Shown piece after piece: positions 24,113 to 36,814 of a stretch of 64,000 nt of DNA. How positions within the stretch are numbered: position 1 is the first letter of the stretch; the number at the start of each line of letters is the position of its first letter. The notes beneath the pieces were generated by a model. It worked only from the letters and a program-made list of their open reading frames with translations. It was not told the origin of the DNA and did no database searches. A program made the translations under genes and the position numbers. The stretch comes from Paecilomyces variotii (lineage: Eukaryota). The stretch lies in NCBI GenBank assembly GCA_004022145.1, contig RCNU01000006.1. The stretch is one strand, 5' to 3'.

Positions 24113-26490
24113 TTAGGTAAACTCGACGCTATGCTGTCTTGCCTGTCGCGCTTGAGCTCTCTCTGCTCTTCTCCTCCTTCGATTGCTAGCGTAGTCACCG
24201 CTCGCTTCAGTACCTGTCCAGGTCCCGGGGGAGGTAATACTCCCAGCACCATAAGGCAAACTGGACGGAGGGATTGGCGGCACTGGGATGTCGCTGGGAT
24301 GCACGGGCGGGGCGGCAGTTGACGGTGGGATGCTGGCGCTTGGAGCGGGATGGGCAGTGGATGCACCAGCAGCAGCAGAAGCAGCAGTTTCTTGTTCTCT
24401 CCGGATATCTTCCGCCTGTTGACGCTCCAGTTCTTCAACTCGACGCCATCGATCAGAGCCACCTTCATTACCGGACAAAGAACTGACACTGCCATGGCGG
24501 CGCCGAGAGCCCCTGCGTTCCCGATCTCTGCGCCTTGCTTCGCGACTAGCAGCTGCTTCTTCCTCCGTTAGTCTTCTAAGAGTAACATGTCGTCCATCGT
24601 TGTGCATCTTGACTTTGACGGATACCGGTGGCGACGCCACATCTTCACGCCGCCTCCTGCTGCTACTTCGACGACGACGGTGATGGCTGGATGCTAATCC
24701 GGATGCTGCACCGGCAAGTTCTGCCTCTGTCTCACTACCAATTGTATGGTCATGATGATCGCCATATGAAACGGGGGTTTCCCCATGTGCGGGTGGCACA
24801 GGAGGAATATCGGAGAGCGGTTGATCTACTCCCCCGGAGACGACAGGATCGCCAGACACGGCTGATTCTCCTTGAAGATGACTGTGAGTCGGTCGAGTAA
24901 TATCAGTGGAAGTGGCTTCTGTAGGAGTATAATAGGAGCTTGCTCTCCTATTCCTCCGTGGGAAGGAACCATCTCCGGTGAACTTCCGTTTACTATTTGC
25001 TCGCGCCAATCTTTCCTCCTCAACATCATGGCGACGGATCTCGTCCACTCTTCTCTGCTCTTCTCTTTCCTTTCGGCTCTTGAAGAGGTTTCTGACGCCC
25101 GCAAAGATCCCCGCTCCAAGGATGGTATCACGGAGTCCATGGCCACCTCTGTCCCCTCTGTCCTCATAATCCGTATAGTAGTCACTGCTGTAGTCCATGG
25201 AACTCTGGCTAGGGGGCCTGCTTGGCGGTCTGTCCCTGAGAGGTCTATGGCTTGGCGGAGGTCTCCCTTCCTCAACGCGACTAAGACTGTCCTCGGTGAC
25301 ATCGGTGACATCGTCACTTCTTCCATGGGCGGGTCGATACCTCCCAGACTCTGAATCGCTTTCCCGGTCTCGTCTCTTGTCGAAGTAGCGTTTGGCGAGA
25401 CCTACGCCGCCAACTAGCGCACCCAGTTCGAGGAGTCTCTTTCCCCAACCACCCCGACGGGGTTCGTCAGAATATTTCTCGTCAATGTACGACGTTTGGG
25501 AATCGTCGTCGACACGACTTCTGCTTCTGCTTCTACTGCGATCGCGGCGACGGAACAGTGCTGCTAGCCCAGCCCCTGCAGCTCCTGCAGCAGCCGCCCG
25601 GCCGGGGTGGCTCTGATGTCTGTCTTCGACTACAGATGGGCCCGAGATGTAGCTCCCGCGGCTGTCATAGTCGCTCTCCAAACGGCGTTCTTCCGGGTCG
25701 TAAAGATAGGATAGGATGAACCAAATTGCCAGATAAAGGAAACCAGCAATGGCATATAGAATAAACAGCGATTCGGGAGATCCATATAACGTGAGACCAA
25801 GCGGTATCTGAACGATGCCCAAGATCGTCAAGGAACGGCCCAGCCATCGGTGTAACTGAAATCCGTTAGCTTGATCCCTATTTAGTAGCTATCAGAATAA
25901 AATTGTCTGCCTTACCATGATTTTGAGTGGGACGTGGAATCTCCGTCTTCCCTTCTCCGTTTTATGGATGACCCAGCCCCAGAGGACTTGCGTGATGACC
26001 ATAACGTAAATAGCCAATCCGATTCCATGATGGGGATTTGTCAAGCTTCGTTGCGGACCGACTGCAAACCATCCCAGCACGAACACCACGGTAGTGAGAA
26101 GTAATGTCAATACCTGACACCAGACATGCAACTTAAAGGCCCAGAACGGATTGAATTGTGTGTAATATCGCATAAGGAGGACGGAAATCGGTACCAGCCC
26201 TAAAAATACGATGGCCGCTATGACGCCGTGCGCTATGATCATAGGACGGTATCCGGTCATCTCTCTAAAACGATTTCCCATTCCTAAAGTATGTCAGCCC
26301 CACATATTGGAACAACATCGTCGCAGCGATTTGTCTCACCGTTATATCTCATCGTATCAAAATTAAGGCCCATCAAGTTCGGCAAAAGAAAGGTGTTGCG
26401 CTGCGTATCCCATGTCCCATCCCCGACATACATCGTGTCGGAGGAGTAAGTACTGCTCCCCGGAGGGGTGAGGTCTGGATTTGGCGACAT
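24113..26490 (-). CDS. Cytochrome b561-like integral membrane protein with long Arg/Ser-rich disordered tail (exons 26490-26340, 26283-25916, 25855-24113)
   Basis: About five TM helices with His at b561-type positions (IAHG, KLHVW, PHHGIG, LHRWLGR), followed by a ~530-aa low-complexity tail. Introns are canonical and join in frame. Confidence 0.8.
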
Positions 26491-27115
26491 TTTCGTGATC
26501 AGCGCCGCTCTATCTCCGAGTATTTCGTCGATACTCCGCTCAATGGATGCTTCCGAGACGTAGGAATGTCGAGGTTAGCGGAGGGAATCTCTGGAGATCC
26601 CCCACTCCGTGGAATGCACCATGCGACAGCGAAAGAGGCGACGTTTCTCCGGTAGACCTTGTGAAATATTTGACGCCGGATTGATGGTATCCACGATGAT
26701 CGTGGAGATGAAGCCTCTCGTAGGGCGATAGCTGTTATCGTCCGCGACGGCGGTGAGATAGGGAAGCGGGGAAGCTGGTCCAAGGAATGTAGATGCGTAC
26801 GAAGAGCAATGAAGTCCAAGCACGACGTCGCAAAATATATCAAAAGGGTGCCTCTCGAACAGCCCGACAGGAACAAGCAAGGAAGACAAGGATAGCGGTT
26901 CTTGTTTTCCGACTGCCCTGGCAGCAGACGGTCGAGCCCAAAGACAGCTGAAGAGGCTGGGAGGTCAACGTTTTGCCGTTTGCGGTTTAGCGCGACAACT
27001 CATAACCAGGACAACCGGCCGCTTATGTCATCCACGGTGGTGTTCCTGAGGCCGCAATGGTCCCACCGCCCGTGGCGCCAGGCCTATCAGGATCCACCAA
27101 TTAAGCAGGCTATCT

Positions 27116-27136
27116 AATCAATCAATCAATCAATCA
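27116..27136. repeat. (AATC)n microsatellite in a divergent promoter
   Basis: taatcaatcaatcaatcaatca between the b561-like and cystinosin-like genes. Confidence 0.8.
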
Positions 27137-27304
27137 GCCCGCGCCATCGGGGCTCACGCGGACACCGCAAGTGTTCGTGCAGCTGGCTTATCTCGACAAC
27201 CATGTCCGCCCTGAGAACCAACTTCCCCTAGACATGTTCTCATCTTTGGGGCTCTCGCTCACTTGAAACCCTATGTTCTTGATCCTGGCTCCTTCCATAT
27301 CATC

Positions 27305-28342
27305 ATGTCTCAAACTGAGATCTTCGTCAAGGCCCTCTCGCGGTAGGTTATGCCGACCTCCTTGATTTCGAGATAAGCTATCTAACAGACAACTATTACA
27401 GGCTCCTAGGCTGGATATAGTATGAGAAATCAAGCAGTGTCATGTCCCAGAATTCAGTAACTGATCATGTTCTTCAAGTACGATCTGCTGGTCAGCATCA
27501 TTCTATCCCCAGCCGATTCACAACATACAACGCCGCTCGACCACCGGTCTTTCTATCGACTTTCCCTCCATCAATGTCCTCGGATTTGTGTGTTACATGA
27601 TTTACACAGCGGCATTCCTTTACTCTCCTGTGATTCGCGACCAGTACGCGGCCCGCAACCCAGTGTCACCGGAACCTACCGTGCGTTTCAACGATTTTGC
27701 TTTTGCCCTCCACGCCGTGGCCCTGAGCGCTATATATTACAGCCAATTTTGGCCTTGGATATGGGGATTCAAAGTGTCGCGGTATCAGAGAATTAGCAGG
27801 CCCGTCGCTGGTATATTCTGGGGCTCCTTGGTCGCTATCGCGATCGTGGTTGCTATCGTGCGCTCTAAGAGCCCCGATGGCGGCTACGATCCGTCGTCGT
27901 GGGCATGGATCGATGTTGTAAGTTGAGGCTGTCCAAGATGATTTTGCAGGTCCAAGGTCATACTGATACGGCCGGACAGATCTACACAATGTCGTATGTG
28001 AAGCTCGTCATCACGGTTGTGAAATATATCCCCCAGGCATGGGTCAACTACAAGCGGAAATCCACCGTCGGTTGGAGCATTTCCACTATCTTGTTCGATA
28101 TAACTGGTGGAGTTCTCTCCCTGCTCCAATTGATCATCGACTCGAGCTTCCAGAACGATTGGAGCGGCATCACGGGCAACCCAGCCAAGTTCTTGCTTGG
28201 CAATGTTACGATCTTCTTTGACCTGATCTTCATCGTGCAGCACTATATACTGTACCGAGAGGCCCGTGAGAAGAAAGACGACACTCATGCACCCACACTG
28301 CGGACTCCGCTGCTGTCTGCCGCCGGAGAACTGCCAAGGTAG
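27305..28342 (+). CDS. Cystinosin/ERS1-family PQ-loop vacuolar cystine transporter (four exons)
   Basis: Spliced [18 protein letters not shown]...[11 protein letters not shown] and second PQ motif [20 protein letters not shown], plus NPAKFLLG...QHYILY. Confidence 0.92.
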
Positions 28343-28706
28343 GGGCTTTGGATATTAACCCGATAACTGCATGACTACCACTCCCTGAGCGCTTCGAAAG
28401 AAGCAAATAGACAATGGGTAGACGACAACTTTACTCTGTCGTGGAACGGCACGGGTTGGATAAAGCTCCAGGAGAGCAGCGATTAGATTGACATTGACCA
28501 TTCCTACATACCAGTTTCCATCCGTGCCCCTTTTTTTGGCCTGCACCAATCTCGCGGTGATAGACCTGACGGGGATCTCAGAGACCTGGTCAGAATTCAT
28601 TTCTTTGAAAGAACTACTAGACTACCTTGGCTATATCCAGAATATATTCTTAACCATTTCTTTATATATAGCATAATCCGAAAAATCCCAATTCAACTCC
28701 AATCGA

Positions 28707-29253
28707 CTAATAATAAATGATCCCATCCTCCTCCATCTTCCCATTATCCCGCAACCCCTTCAACGTCTCTTTTACCCTCTCCACCATTGCCTCCCCATAC
28801 GCTGGCCCCAATGGCGGTGCGGGCTTTGACAAATCCGGCCTTAGCCATGGCAGGGGCTTAATGCCCTGCGCTGCCCCCCGCAAGATCTTGAGATCTTGAT
28901 CATCATATCCACCGCCCAAGATAATGGCCTTGACTCCACGCGAGTAATCATGAGATCCCAAATCGCTATCCGAAGACACGTTCGTCTCGCCTCTTAGAAG
29001 GGCCGGGATCTGTACTGCGCCGGATTCGGGTGTCATGACGAATTGGATTACTAGTTGAGTTTAGTATTCAGTCATTATATAAATTATATGGTAGTAGTAG
29101 CGGTGGTGGTGGTAGTGAGGTACGGAGAAGAGATTGGAGGGGGTGGGAGAATTAGAATTAATCACCTTCATATTCGGGCTTTAGACCTTTGACGACCGCG
29201 GTACCAATCCGCTCAGTCTTCCCGCAGAGGATAACGGGAATTCGTGCAGCCAT
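28707..29253 (-). CDS. Small conserved fungal hypothetical protein (~144 aa, two exons)
   Basis: Exon 1 MAARIPVILCGKTERIGTAVVKGLKPEYE splices to VIQFVMTPESG...AIILGGGYDD...PWLRPDLSKPAPPLGPAYG; protein-like composition and frame-joining intron. Confidence 0.75.
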
Positions 29254-31947
29254 GGTGATGGTGATTAGTCAAGCCAACAGGTCCAAAGTGTAAAAATAGT
29301 ATATCTTTTATTTGATTTAGATCCGTAGTTGAAAAGGATATATATAGGTATAAATACAGCGAATTTTCCGAGGGAAGAGCTTAGCGGGGTAGTTTGTTAG
29401 CTTGTCTTTAAGTTTTCTCTATCCTCTCTAAAGGCTCATTCATCAGATAAGCTAATTGGTCAGTGATTATACGTACCAGATGACTCCTTTAAAAATAGTA
29501 GTAAGCAGCTAGATTGATATAACCCTCTAGTTGCTAACTGGAATCAAAAGGCCTGCGTGGCAGATAGTGGCTACTTGCTAAAGTAGTAGTACCCTTCACC
29601 TAGCGGGGCCCCTTTGCTCTTTGGAATCAATTGTGGCCCACTTATGCGTTCATATAAGGCTCATCCTGGGAAGTCAGTCGGAATTGTTAACCTTGCAGTA
29701 TGTCTTCTGTATCATGGTCCACCTGATTGCATGTTTTGTGAGAAATGCGGCTGTACTTGCAGTTGGCCCTGTGTGAGGACATCATAGTTTTAGCATAGTA
29801 GACAGGTGTTCTGTTCTATTCCAAGTAATGCTGTTCGCAGAGCCTCATAATGTAGGGGCCGGATATACTAATTCTGGCCGGTAATGTGAGATGGAAGGTG
29901 CTCCAACAATAGAACATTCTGAAACATCTTGACTGCTGTTGTGCAGAGGCAGTGAGTCTGGAATGCTTGAGACAAGCTCACTAGATCTGGAAAGCATTCA
30001 GTATCAGATCTTGTTCGAGACACCGCTATTTCTAACAATCCCTCAGCAGAGCAAAGCCACCACCGACCCGAGGAAGCAACATCGCAGTGTAACTCCCGCC
30101 GCGGAAGAAAGTCGGCCCGGGACGCGGATCTTGCGGGGAGTGGGCTATCGCGCCCCGGGCACATGATGATTGGCAACTGTCTTCGCTCCGCCAAACATCA
30201 CGGGTGACTCTGGGAGGCCTGACAACGTCGCTCGATACGGTGTACAGTCACTTCTGCAGACCGTGATGGATGAGGAATCGTAGTCTTTTCAATTTGATAC
30301 TCGGCCATTTTTGTACAGACTCAGTCGCTCGTCTCCGTTTCCTGATGACTAGAGCCCCAGCTGGGAGTCACTTCCCAGCCTCAGGACGGCACTAAATGCT
30401 TTGAAATCAGATATCCTGCGTACACATGACGCACGCAAGATGTGGCAGTGACCTGTCTTTCTCCCTGCCTGCGGGGAATAATAATGGCATCTCGATCTTG
30501 ATAACACTACTCGTGGAATGACAGATCAAGGTAACTTAGGCTACCCAGTCAGTTTCGCATCCCTTACTTGATTGAGTTAGTAGCTTATGGTGTTCAAGCT
30601 TGTGCCTGCGTTATGCCCTGGATTTCCCGTAGGGCTGAGATTCTAGATGTTCCGATGAGGTGGAGGCACTTGATGCTCTTCCTCGGGTCGTTCGTTGGAC
30701 TTCAGCTGACATCGATTCGAATCCTTGGGGGTCGTCAGCTCTGGTTTGCCGGTTTCATCACTCTGGAGCCACCAGTCACATAGCTGTCCAGCCAAAGGGA
30801 GAGGTTCCGGATATCTCATTCGACGAGATGAAGCTTGTGCGGTAGACGTCTTGTCTCTTTTGCGCCTGGGGATGTTTCAGCTCGGTTGATCCGTTCGAAT
30901 TGGAGAGCGCCTGGATAGCCAATCGAATGACCATTGACTCACATCGTTACTGCGAAGCCGGCCAGTTCACGAGAATGGTAACGGCTCGAGGACACGCTCT
31001 GCGTATGCATACTGACCTATTGGAATCGGAGCCTTAGTTGCAACCTGATTTTGCAAACCCGGTAACAGATCTAGGTCAAGATAAGCTTCATGGCTCTCCA
31101 ACAGCGTCCCCGAACGGAAGACCTTTTCAGGATACCCGCTATGACTGTCACTTCCATCATTGGGAAGTACGAAGACGGGATGCAGAATGTGGCTTGATGC
31201 TTTTCTATTGATACCCAGCTTGCGGCGATCATACCAGCCGTATTCTTCGGCTGTATGTTTGATATGTAGCGAACAAGTTCATCCTCGAAAAGTACAAACC
31301 TGCAGTCTTGCCGGAGGGCGTATACCCTAAACCCTAAGTCTATATGGTCAAGACATCACCCATGGTAGGTTCAACCTGATACTCTCTTCTGTTCTAGAGC
31401 TTGGAACATATGCTATGAAGTGTGATATGAAGCCTGTTCCATGAAGCAAATGGCGATGTCTTGCAGAAGCAACTGCAGCTAGCAAGGCACCGGTAATGGT
31501 GGCTGAAGATCAGTAAACTCTATCTCGGAGCCCCATGAAACGGTCGTAGTAGTTGTCAGCCCAAACTACCAAACACAGCCGCATCTAACAATGGCAACGG
31601 GGTCCGACTTCCATTCGGAATTAGAGTGATCCAAATTCGACAACCGTATAAGCCTTACGGGTACCCCTGCACCCGCGCATCCTATCATTTGTTGGGCGCA
31701 GCCCCCATGTTCGAGCCGGACTTGGACACAACCATGTCTTGCGAACGTCTCCGACTGTTATATAGCAAGACTCCATGCGCAACTTCCTCCGACAACAGCC
31801 CAAGCTTTCTATGGATTTGATGCTGTTGTTCATCATATTTACTTGTACGCAAGTTCCCTACGCAAGCAATACTTAGAAGATCGATCTACCAGACCCGTCT
31901 CTCTCTCTGCTGTACCTACCTCAACATCTTGGATTTAGTACCTGCCA

Positions 31948-32685
31948 ATGTCATTGTCATCTTCAGCTGAGACTGCACATTCCGAGATGTCTGCCTTCTG
32001 TCCCTACGACTCTGAAATGAGTCTCCCTGTCGCCTACGACGACCCTCAAATATTCTTCTATCCCGAACAACCCTACACATTTGTGACTTCTCCACCTCTC
32101 GACCCCTCGATCAGAAATCAATGTCTCCCCGAGAGCAGCAGCAGCTATACATTGGTCCCACCAGAGCTATACACAGATTATCCTTCACCAACATCATTCC
32201 AGAGCTGTTCCATGGACATAGCTCACAGGAGCTCGCACCCTTCTTCATCTCTGAGCGCCGGGTCTCCCTTTGACGCAGAAAGCTCCCAATACACATCCGG
32301 CTCATCGACCACCGGATCTCCAACACCCGGTAACCATAACCATACCAATAATAACCACAATCCAAACCTAACAAAATACGGCATCCAAAACCCCGACGGA
32401 ACCTGGCGCTGCGCATATCCAGGCTGCACATCGCGCGCCGTCTTTACGCGAGGCTGTGATCTCCGGAAACATTATAATCGGCACAGCAAGCATCTTTTCT
32501 GTCGCTATGAGGGATGTCCCCAAGCTACCGAGGGTGGTTTCTCGAGTAATAAAGACAGGACGAGGCATGAAGCAAAACATAATCCGGGGATATTGTGTGA
32601 GTGGGAAGGGTGCAGTCGGGTGTTTAGTCGGGTCGACAATATGAAGGATCATGTTAGACGGATTCATAAGAGGCACCGGACCTGA
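31948..32685 (+). CDS. C2H2 zinc-finger transcription factor (three C-terminal fingers)
   Basis: CAYPGC...DLRKHYNRH, CRYEGC...DRTRHEAKH and CEWEGCSRVFSRVDNMKDHVRRIH, preceded by a Ser/Pro-rich N-terminus. Confidence 0.9.
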   Translation: MSLSSSAETAHSEMSAFCPYDSEMSLPVAYDDPQIFFYPEQPYTFVTSPPLDPSIRNQCLPESSSSYTLVPPELYTDYPSPTSFQSCSMDIAHRSSHPSSSLSAGSPFDAESSQYTSGSSTTGSPTPGNHNHTNNNHNPNLTKYGIQNPDGTWRCAYPGCTSRAVFTRGCDLRKHYNRHSKHLFCRYEGCPQATEGGFSSNKDRTRHEAKHNPGILCEWEGCSRVFSRVDNMKDHVRRIHKRHRT

Positions 32686-33232
32686 TCCTGAGAGGGGGTG
32701 TTGGGGCTCTTTTTCATATTTATGATTATAGGATGATTTGCGAGACGAATCTCCATCGGATGATCTGTTATTGGCGTTTTTTGGGGGGGGATAAAGCTTT
32801 TTTTTCTAGGGTTACTACTTGATGATGATGATACCAGCATAGCGTATGCGAGAGATGGATGATGAATGATCTGATCTAAATGCATAATTCCAGGACATTT
32901 TTTTTTTTCTTCTTTTTCTTCTTACTTCATTTTTCAAAAAAAATCTCCAGACCTATTTTCCACAAAACCGTTCCGAAGCTCGATCATTCATTCCCCCTCC
33001 CCTAGAGCCCAAGAGCTGAACATTCGTTCCTAGGGTTCTACCATAGCGCACAACAACCCTGTAACTAACTAATAACCCTCTCTCTCTCATCGTGCTCGTA
33101 CCACGCCAGCGGTATCTATTGACAGAGGTGCAGTGCATTAGCCCTGTTGATCGCCATTGTCATTCCACACGTGAATGAGGATTCGAAACCCTGCAATCCA
33201 CACCGCGGGGTCCGGAGCTGTCAAGGGAAAAT

Positions 33233-33260
33233 GTAAAGTAAAGTAAAGTAAAGTAAAGTA
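33233..33260. repeat. (GTAAA)n pentanucleotide repeat
   Basis: gtaaagtaaagtaaagtaaagtaaagta read directly. Confidence 0.85.
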
Positions 33261-35759
33261 GTGAGCCTCGGGGGGGCCCCTGGCCATATCTTGTCCCCAT
33301 AGTATGGATAACTGATCGCTAGGGTGAAAGAGTAGTTAGACATCCTTCCTCGCATGGCTTACCTGTTGGGGAATCGGGGAAACGTCCTTTTTGTCCCTAG
33401 AACCCCACTCAGCAAAAGCGCTGAGTGGGAAACGAAAATATGTAATAATACCTGGCGAAGCAGCAGAGGCACTGGTCTGGGCCAATCTGTGCTAAATTCG
33501 ATCGCAAGCAAATCGGAACTGGAATCAAAATCGCTAGGGAGGGGGGTGAACACAGCCCGGGTACTGCCAATCGTATTTTGCCGCTGGTGGTCGTCTTGCG
33601 GAGAAAAAAACAAAAACTATTATGTATTATTAGCGTGGACAGTATGGTATACTTAGACTTGCGGCTGGAAAAATTACGTCTCCCCGGTCCCAAGATATGT
33701 CATTCTCTTGCCTCAAAGGTGCATGAAGAACTTGCTTGATAGTGTGTACTGAACTAGACCAATGATATTAAACGGCCCCCAAACTTGGTCGAAGCGCGAC
33801 GACGCGGCATGTTTATCCAGAAGCGGACTCTCGCGGAATAGCGGCCAGTAAGTAGTGCTCGGTAGTGGTGTTAACTGGTTGGTGCATTTATTTTTATTAT
33901 TGATATTAGGCTCTAGCTAGAGCCTATGAATGAATGCTTGACGGTTTGTTAGTCATTATTTAGTTATGTCTTTGACCATTTACCATCGGCCACGCTGAAG
34001 GGGTGTTAAAAAGAAAGGAGTCCTGAGCCCTTCCTTTCTCCAGTGGTTTTACGATAATTGTTTTATTTTCGTATGCATTGCTTTATGTGTAACCACGAGA
34101 AAACCTACTCAGCCCGGACTGGTGGGTACTGGTATGTCCGAACCTTTTTAATCGGAACCATTTCCGCATGTAAACACTCTCTTATGGAGCGGCCAGTAAT
34201 CCTTGATTTCATACAGAGACCACTGTCCAATGTTGAACAGTATCGATCAGAATAGAATAATATTGGGACCCCTATACACTGAAAATATCAACTATCGCCT
34301 GGTCCAGGATAGGAATGGACTGTGAGACGGAAAGAAAGCAGAAACTTCGCATTGGTTAACTACCTAGTTATTATTCCCGCAACGCTCTGTTCTGTCAGCA
34401 CCTTGTCCGGAATCATGTTGTTGGGGCCGCTAAAAGGCTTAAGAGACCCGACTTATCTACTTACTTCGGACGATGCCTCAAGACCCCTGAGCGGGAGAAG
34501 GAAGTTGAACTATCGTCGTCTGTAAAGCACAGATCCGCTATATTGGAGCAGCAATGAATTGAGGCTGAAAACTGGCAGATCGTCCCGGGATACCCCAAAT
34601 CAAGCAGTGAAGTGACTGTTTCGGGTCGGACCACGTCGCTTCACAATACTTAGAGTACTTACCTACTCAGTTAGCACATATCTAAACGCGGTCAAGGTAA
34701 GTTAAGTCTAACCGCTGTTCGTGTCAAATAATGACCTATCTATGGCGGATGGGAAGCGATCCGCCGCGAAGCTCGTCAGCACCTAACTTGACCATCTATA
34801 GCTAGCAATGTACTGTACGTACGCCAAATAGACGACTCGTGGAAGCTAATTAATAAATCGAGATCACTGCGAAATATTGATCAAATCCATTGGAAGCCAT
34901 GATCGCTAACTATGCGCCAACGACAGTCCGTAGCCCACATTGCGCTGTTCAGCGGGAAAGATATAGCGCCAGGCTATCGCGTCAGAAGGGTAATTAATTA
35001 CTGGTTGCATCCTGAGCAAAAAAACCCACCATCTCGGTGAACACTGGACAGCCCACATCTCGATTGCAGCCTAAGGTGCCAGCATCAGATGGTGGAAATA
35101 TCCCGAGACGGTATGCATGGCCCGATAACTCGCTTACCGTTGACATGGGGATTTGTCTGGAACATCTCGGACGCACGATGAGCAAGAAAGAGTCATGGTA
35201 TGTAATAATATGCAGGCAGGGATGCTGTCTGGTTCAGCTATGCGTAGGGCTGAACTGTGCCAAGGGGGAAGGGGGATACGTATCAGTCATCACAGTTCGC
35301 AAGCGAAACGAGGTGTGCTCCTCAAGAAGGATCAACGGCGAGTCCAGACGAAGGGTTGTATTTTATCTTTGTTATTATTGTTTGCGCACTCGGTGGCTTA
35401 AACCAAGCTTTGAACGGTTCCCGGGGAACAGTCTGTCGTCGTTGATCGATCCCTGGTCTAGATACTTAGCAGAAGCACTGACCTCGACCTCGATTCAATT
35501 CGAGCCATGTTCGAGGGGGTGCTGGGTCCTGTTCACAGCACGGCTTCAAAAATGCTAGTACCGCGGTTGCAGGACTTCTTACCCTGTAGCGTTCTTCAAT
35601 CTCCTCTTAAGCTTTTGCAGGTTCATATCTGCTGGCGATCTCTCATTGGAAGGCAGCAATAGACAGAAAGAGTATCGTGGCCGCACAAAGGCGTGACAGG
35701 GCCATACCAAGATCGCAGACAGAACCAGCTTTAACTAACCAGCGGTCAGATTTAAACTT

Positions 35760-35931
35760 CCCCTTCTGCAGAGCTGAACTCCAGACTTCGTACGTGTATA
35801 CGAAATCCCCAATGGGGATTGAATGATAATTAGAGACCCCCCATCCCCTGTTCTACAGGGCTGAACTCCCAGGCTTATATGTTAATACGAACTCCCCCAA
35901 TAGGACTGAATGATAACTAGAGCTCCCCTCC
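35760..35931. repeat. Diverged two-copy tandem duplication, ~87-bp unit
   Basis: GCTGAACTCC at 35773 and 35860, each followed by ATACGAA..CCCCAAT.GG and TGAATGATAA.TAGAG. Confidence 0.8.
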
Positions 35932-36814
35932 ACGTCAGTGAGCTATGTATTTACATTGGATGATCATTTCCATACAGGGAGAGTTTGTCACTGCCTAATA
36001 TCTCGAAAGACTATTTGACTTCACCCACGTCTGGGAACTTGTATGCGTCATCCCATGTCATGAGGCTTCATGTACGTTGCATCGATGGTGTAGTCTACTC
36101 GTCTACTCTACCAGCTGAGGACCCTTGGGGGGAATAATGCGAAGAGTTCGGGACAGTGGTGATGTTCTTTCTAGAAGCTAGATCGTTGCCGTCATGCTAT
36201 GTACAGTACATACATTGCAACATGGAAACTATATGCTGTACAGAATAATATCCGTTTGTCCAAGGATCAATTTCAGGAAAGCGCAGGATGTCCTCAGCAT
36301 ACTTAATAATGCTTTGGGCTCCACTGAGCTCACGTCTATTTTTGATAGCGACAATTCTACAGCAAATCCTACCTTGGACCCCTGTGGCAACCGCGATGAT
36401 AAATCCGTATTGAATTCCGCGACGTAGATTAATAATATGAAAATAAAAGCGATAGTTAAATAATCGATCTATCGGGGGAAATACGACATAATCAACTATC
36501 AAGCAAGTGGACCTTGGCTTATTCTGACAAATTCAGCCTGCATAATCAACTGCCCACTTCGCTGGGCGCTGACATTTCCGCTACTACCCATATGTTAACT
36601 AGACAATCACAACAGTCTACTGAGATGTCTAACAGTTCGTGCCTTTTATCGGTATGTACTACATACAGATTTCAGCTTCTTTTTACTTGCTTTTTCTGAT
36701 GCTGGTAAGTCCGAAACTCGATTATATTGACGTTTCTACCTAGAGCTCTCCATGACGTAGCAATCTTGAATCCTCAGCATCGCCAGTGACAACATGCACC
36801 CTCCTGCTCAACGG

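Noticed and set aside
31324..31337. ACCCTAAACCCTAA as a telomerase RNA template or telomere relic
   Set aside because: Only two repeat units, no convincing pseudoknot downstream, and a protein gene starts about 600 bp later, which is short for a filamentous-fungal TER.
29868..31836. Scattered short ORFs suggesting a decayed gene
   Set aside because: No consistent frame, splice chain or recognisable motif.
33150..33215. tRNA or B-box-like GGTTTCGAATCC on the minus strand
   Set aside because: No acceptor stem, D arm or anticodon arm can be built.
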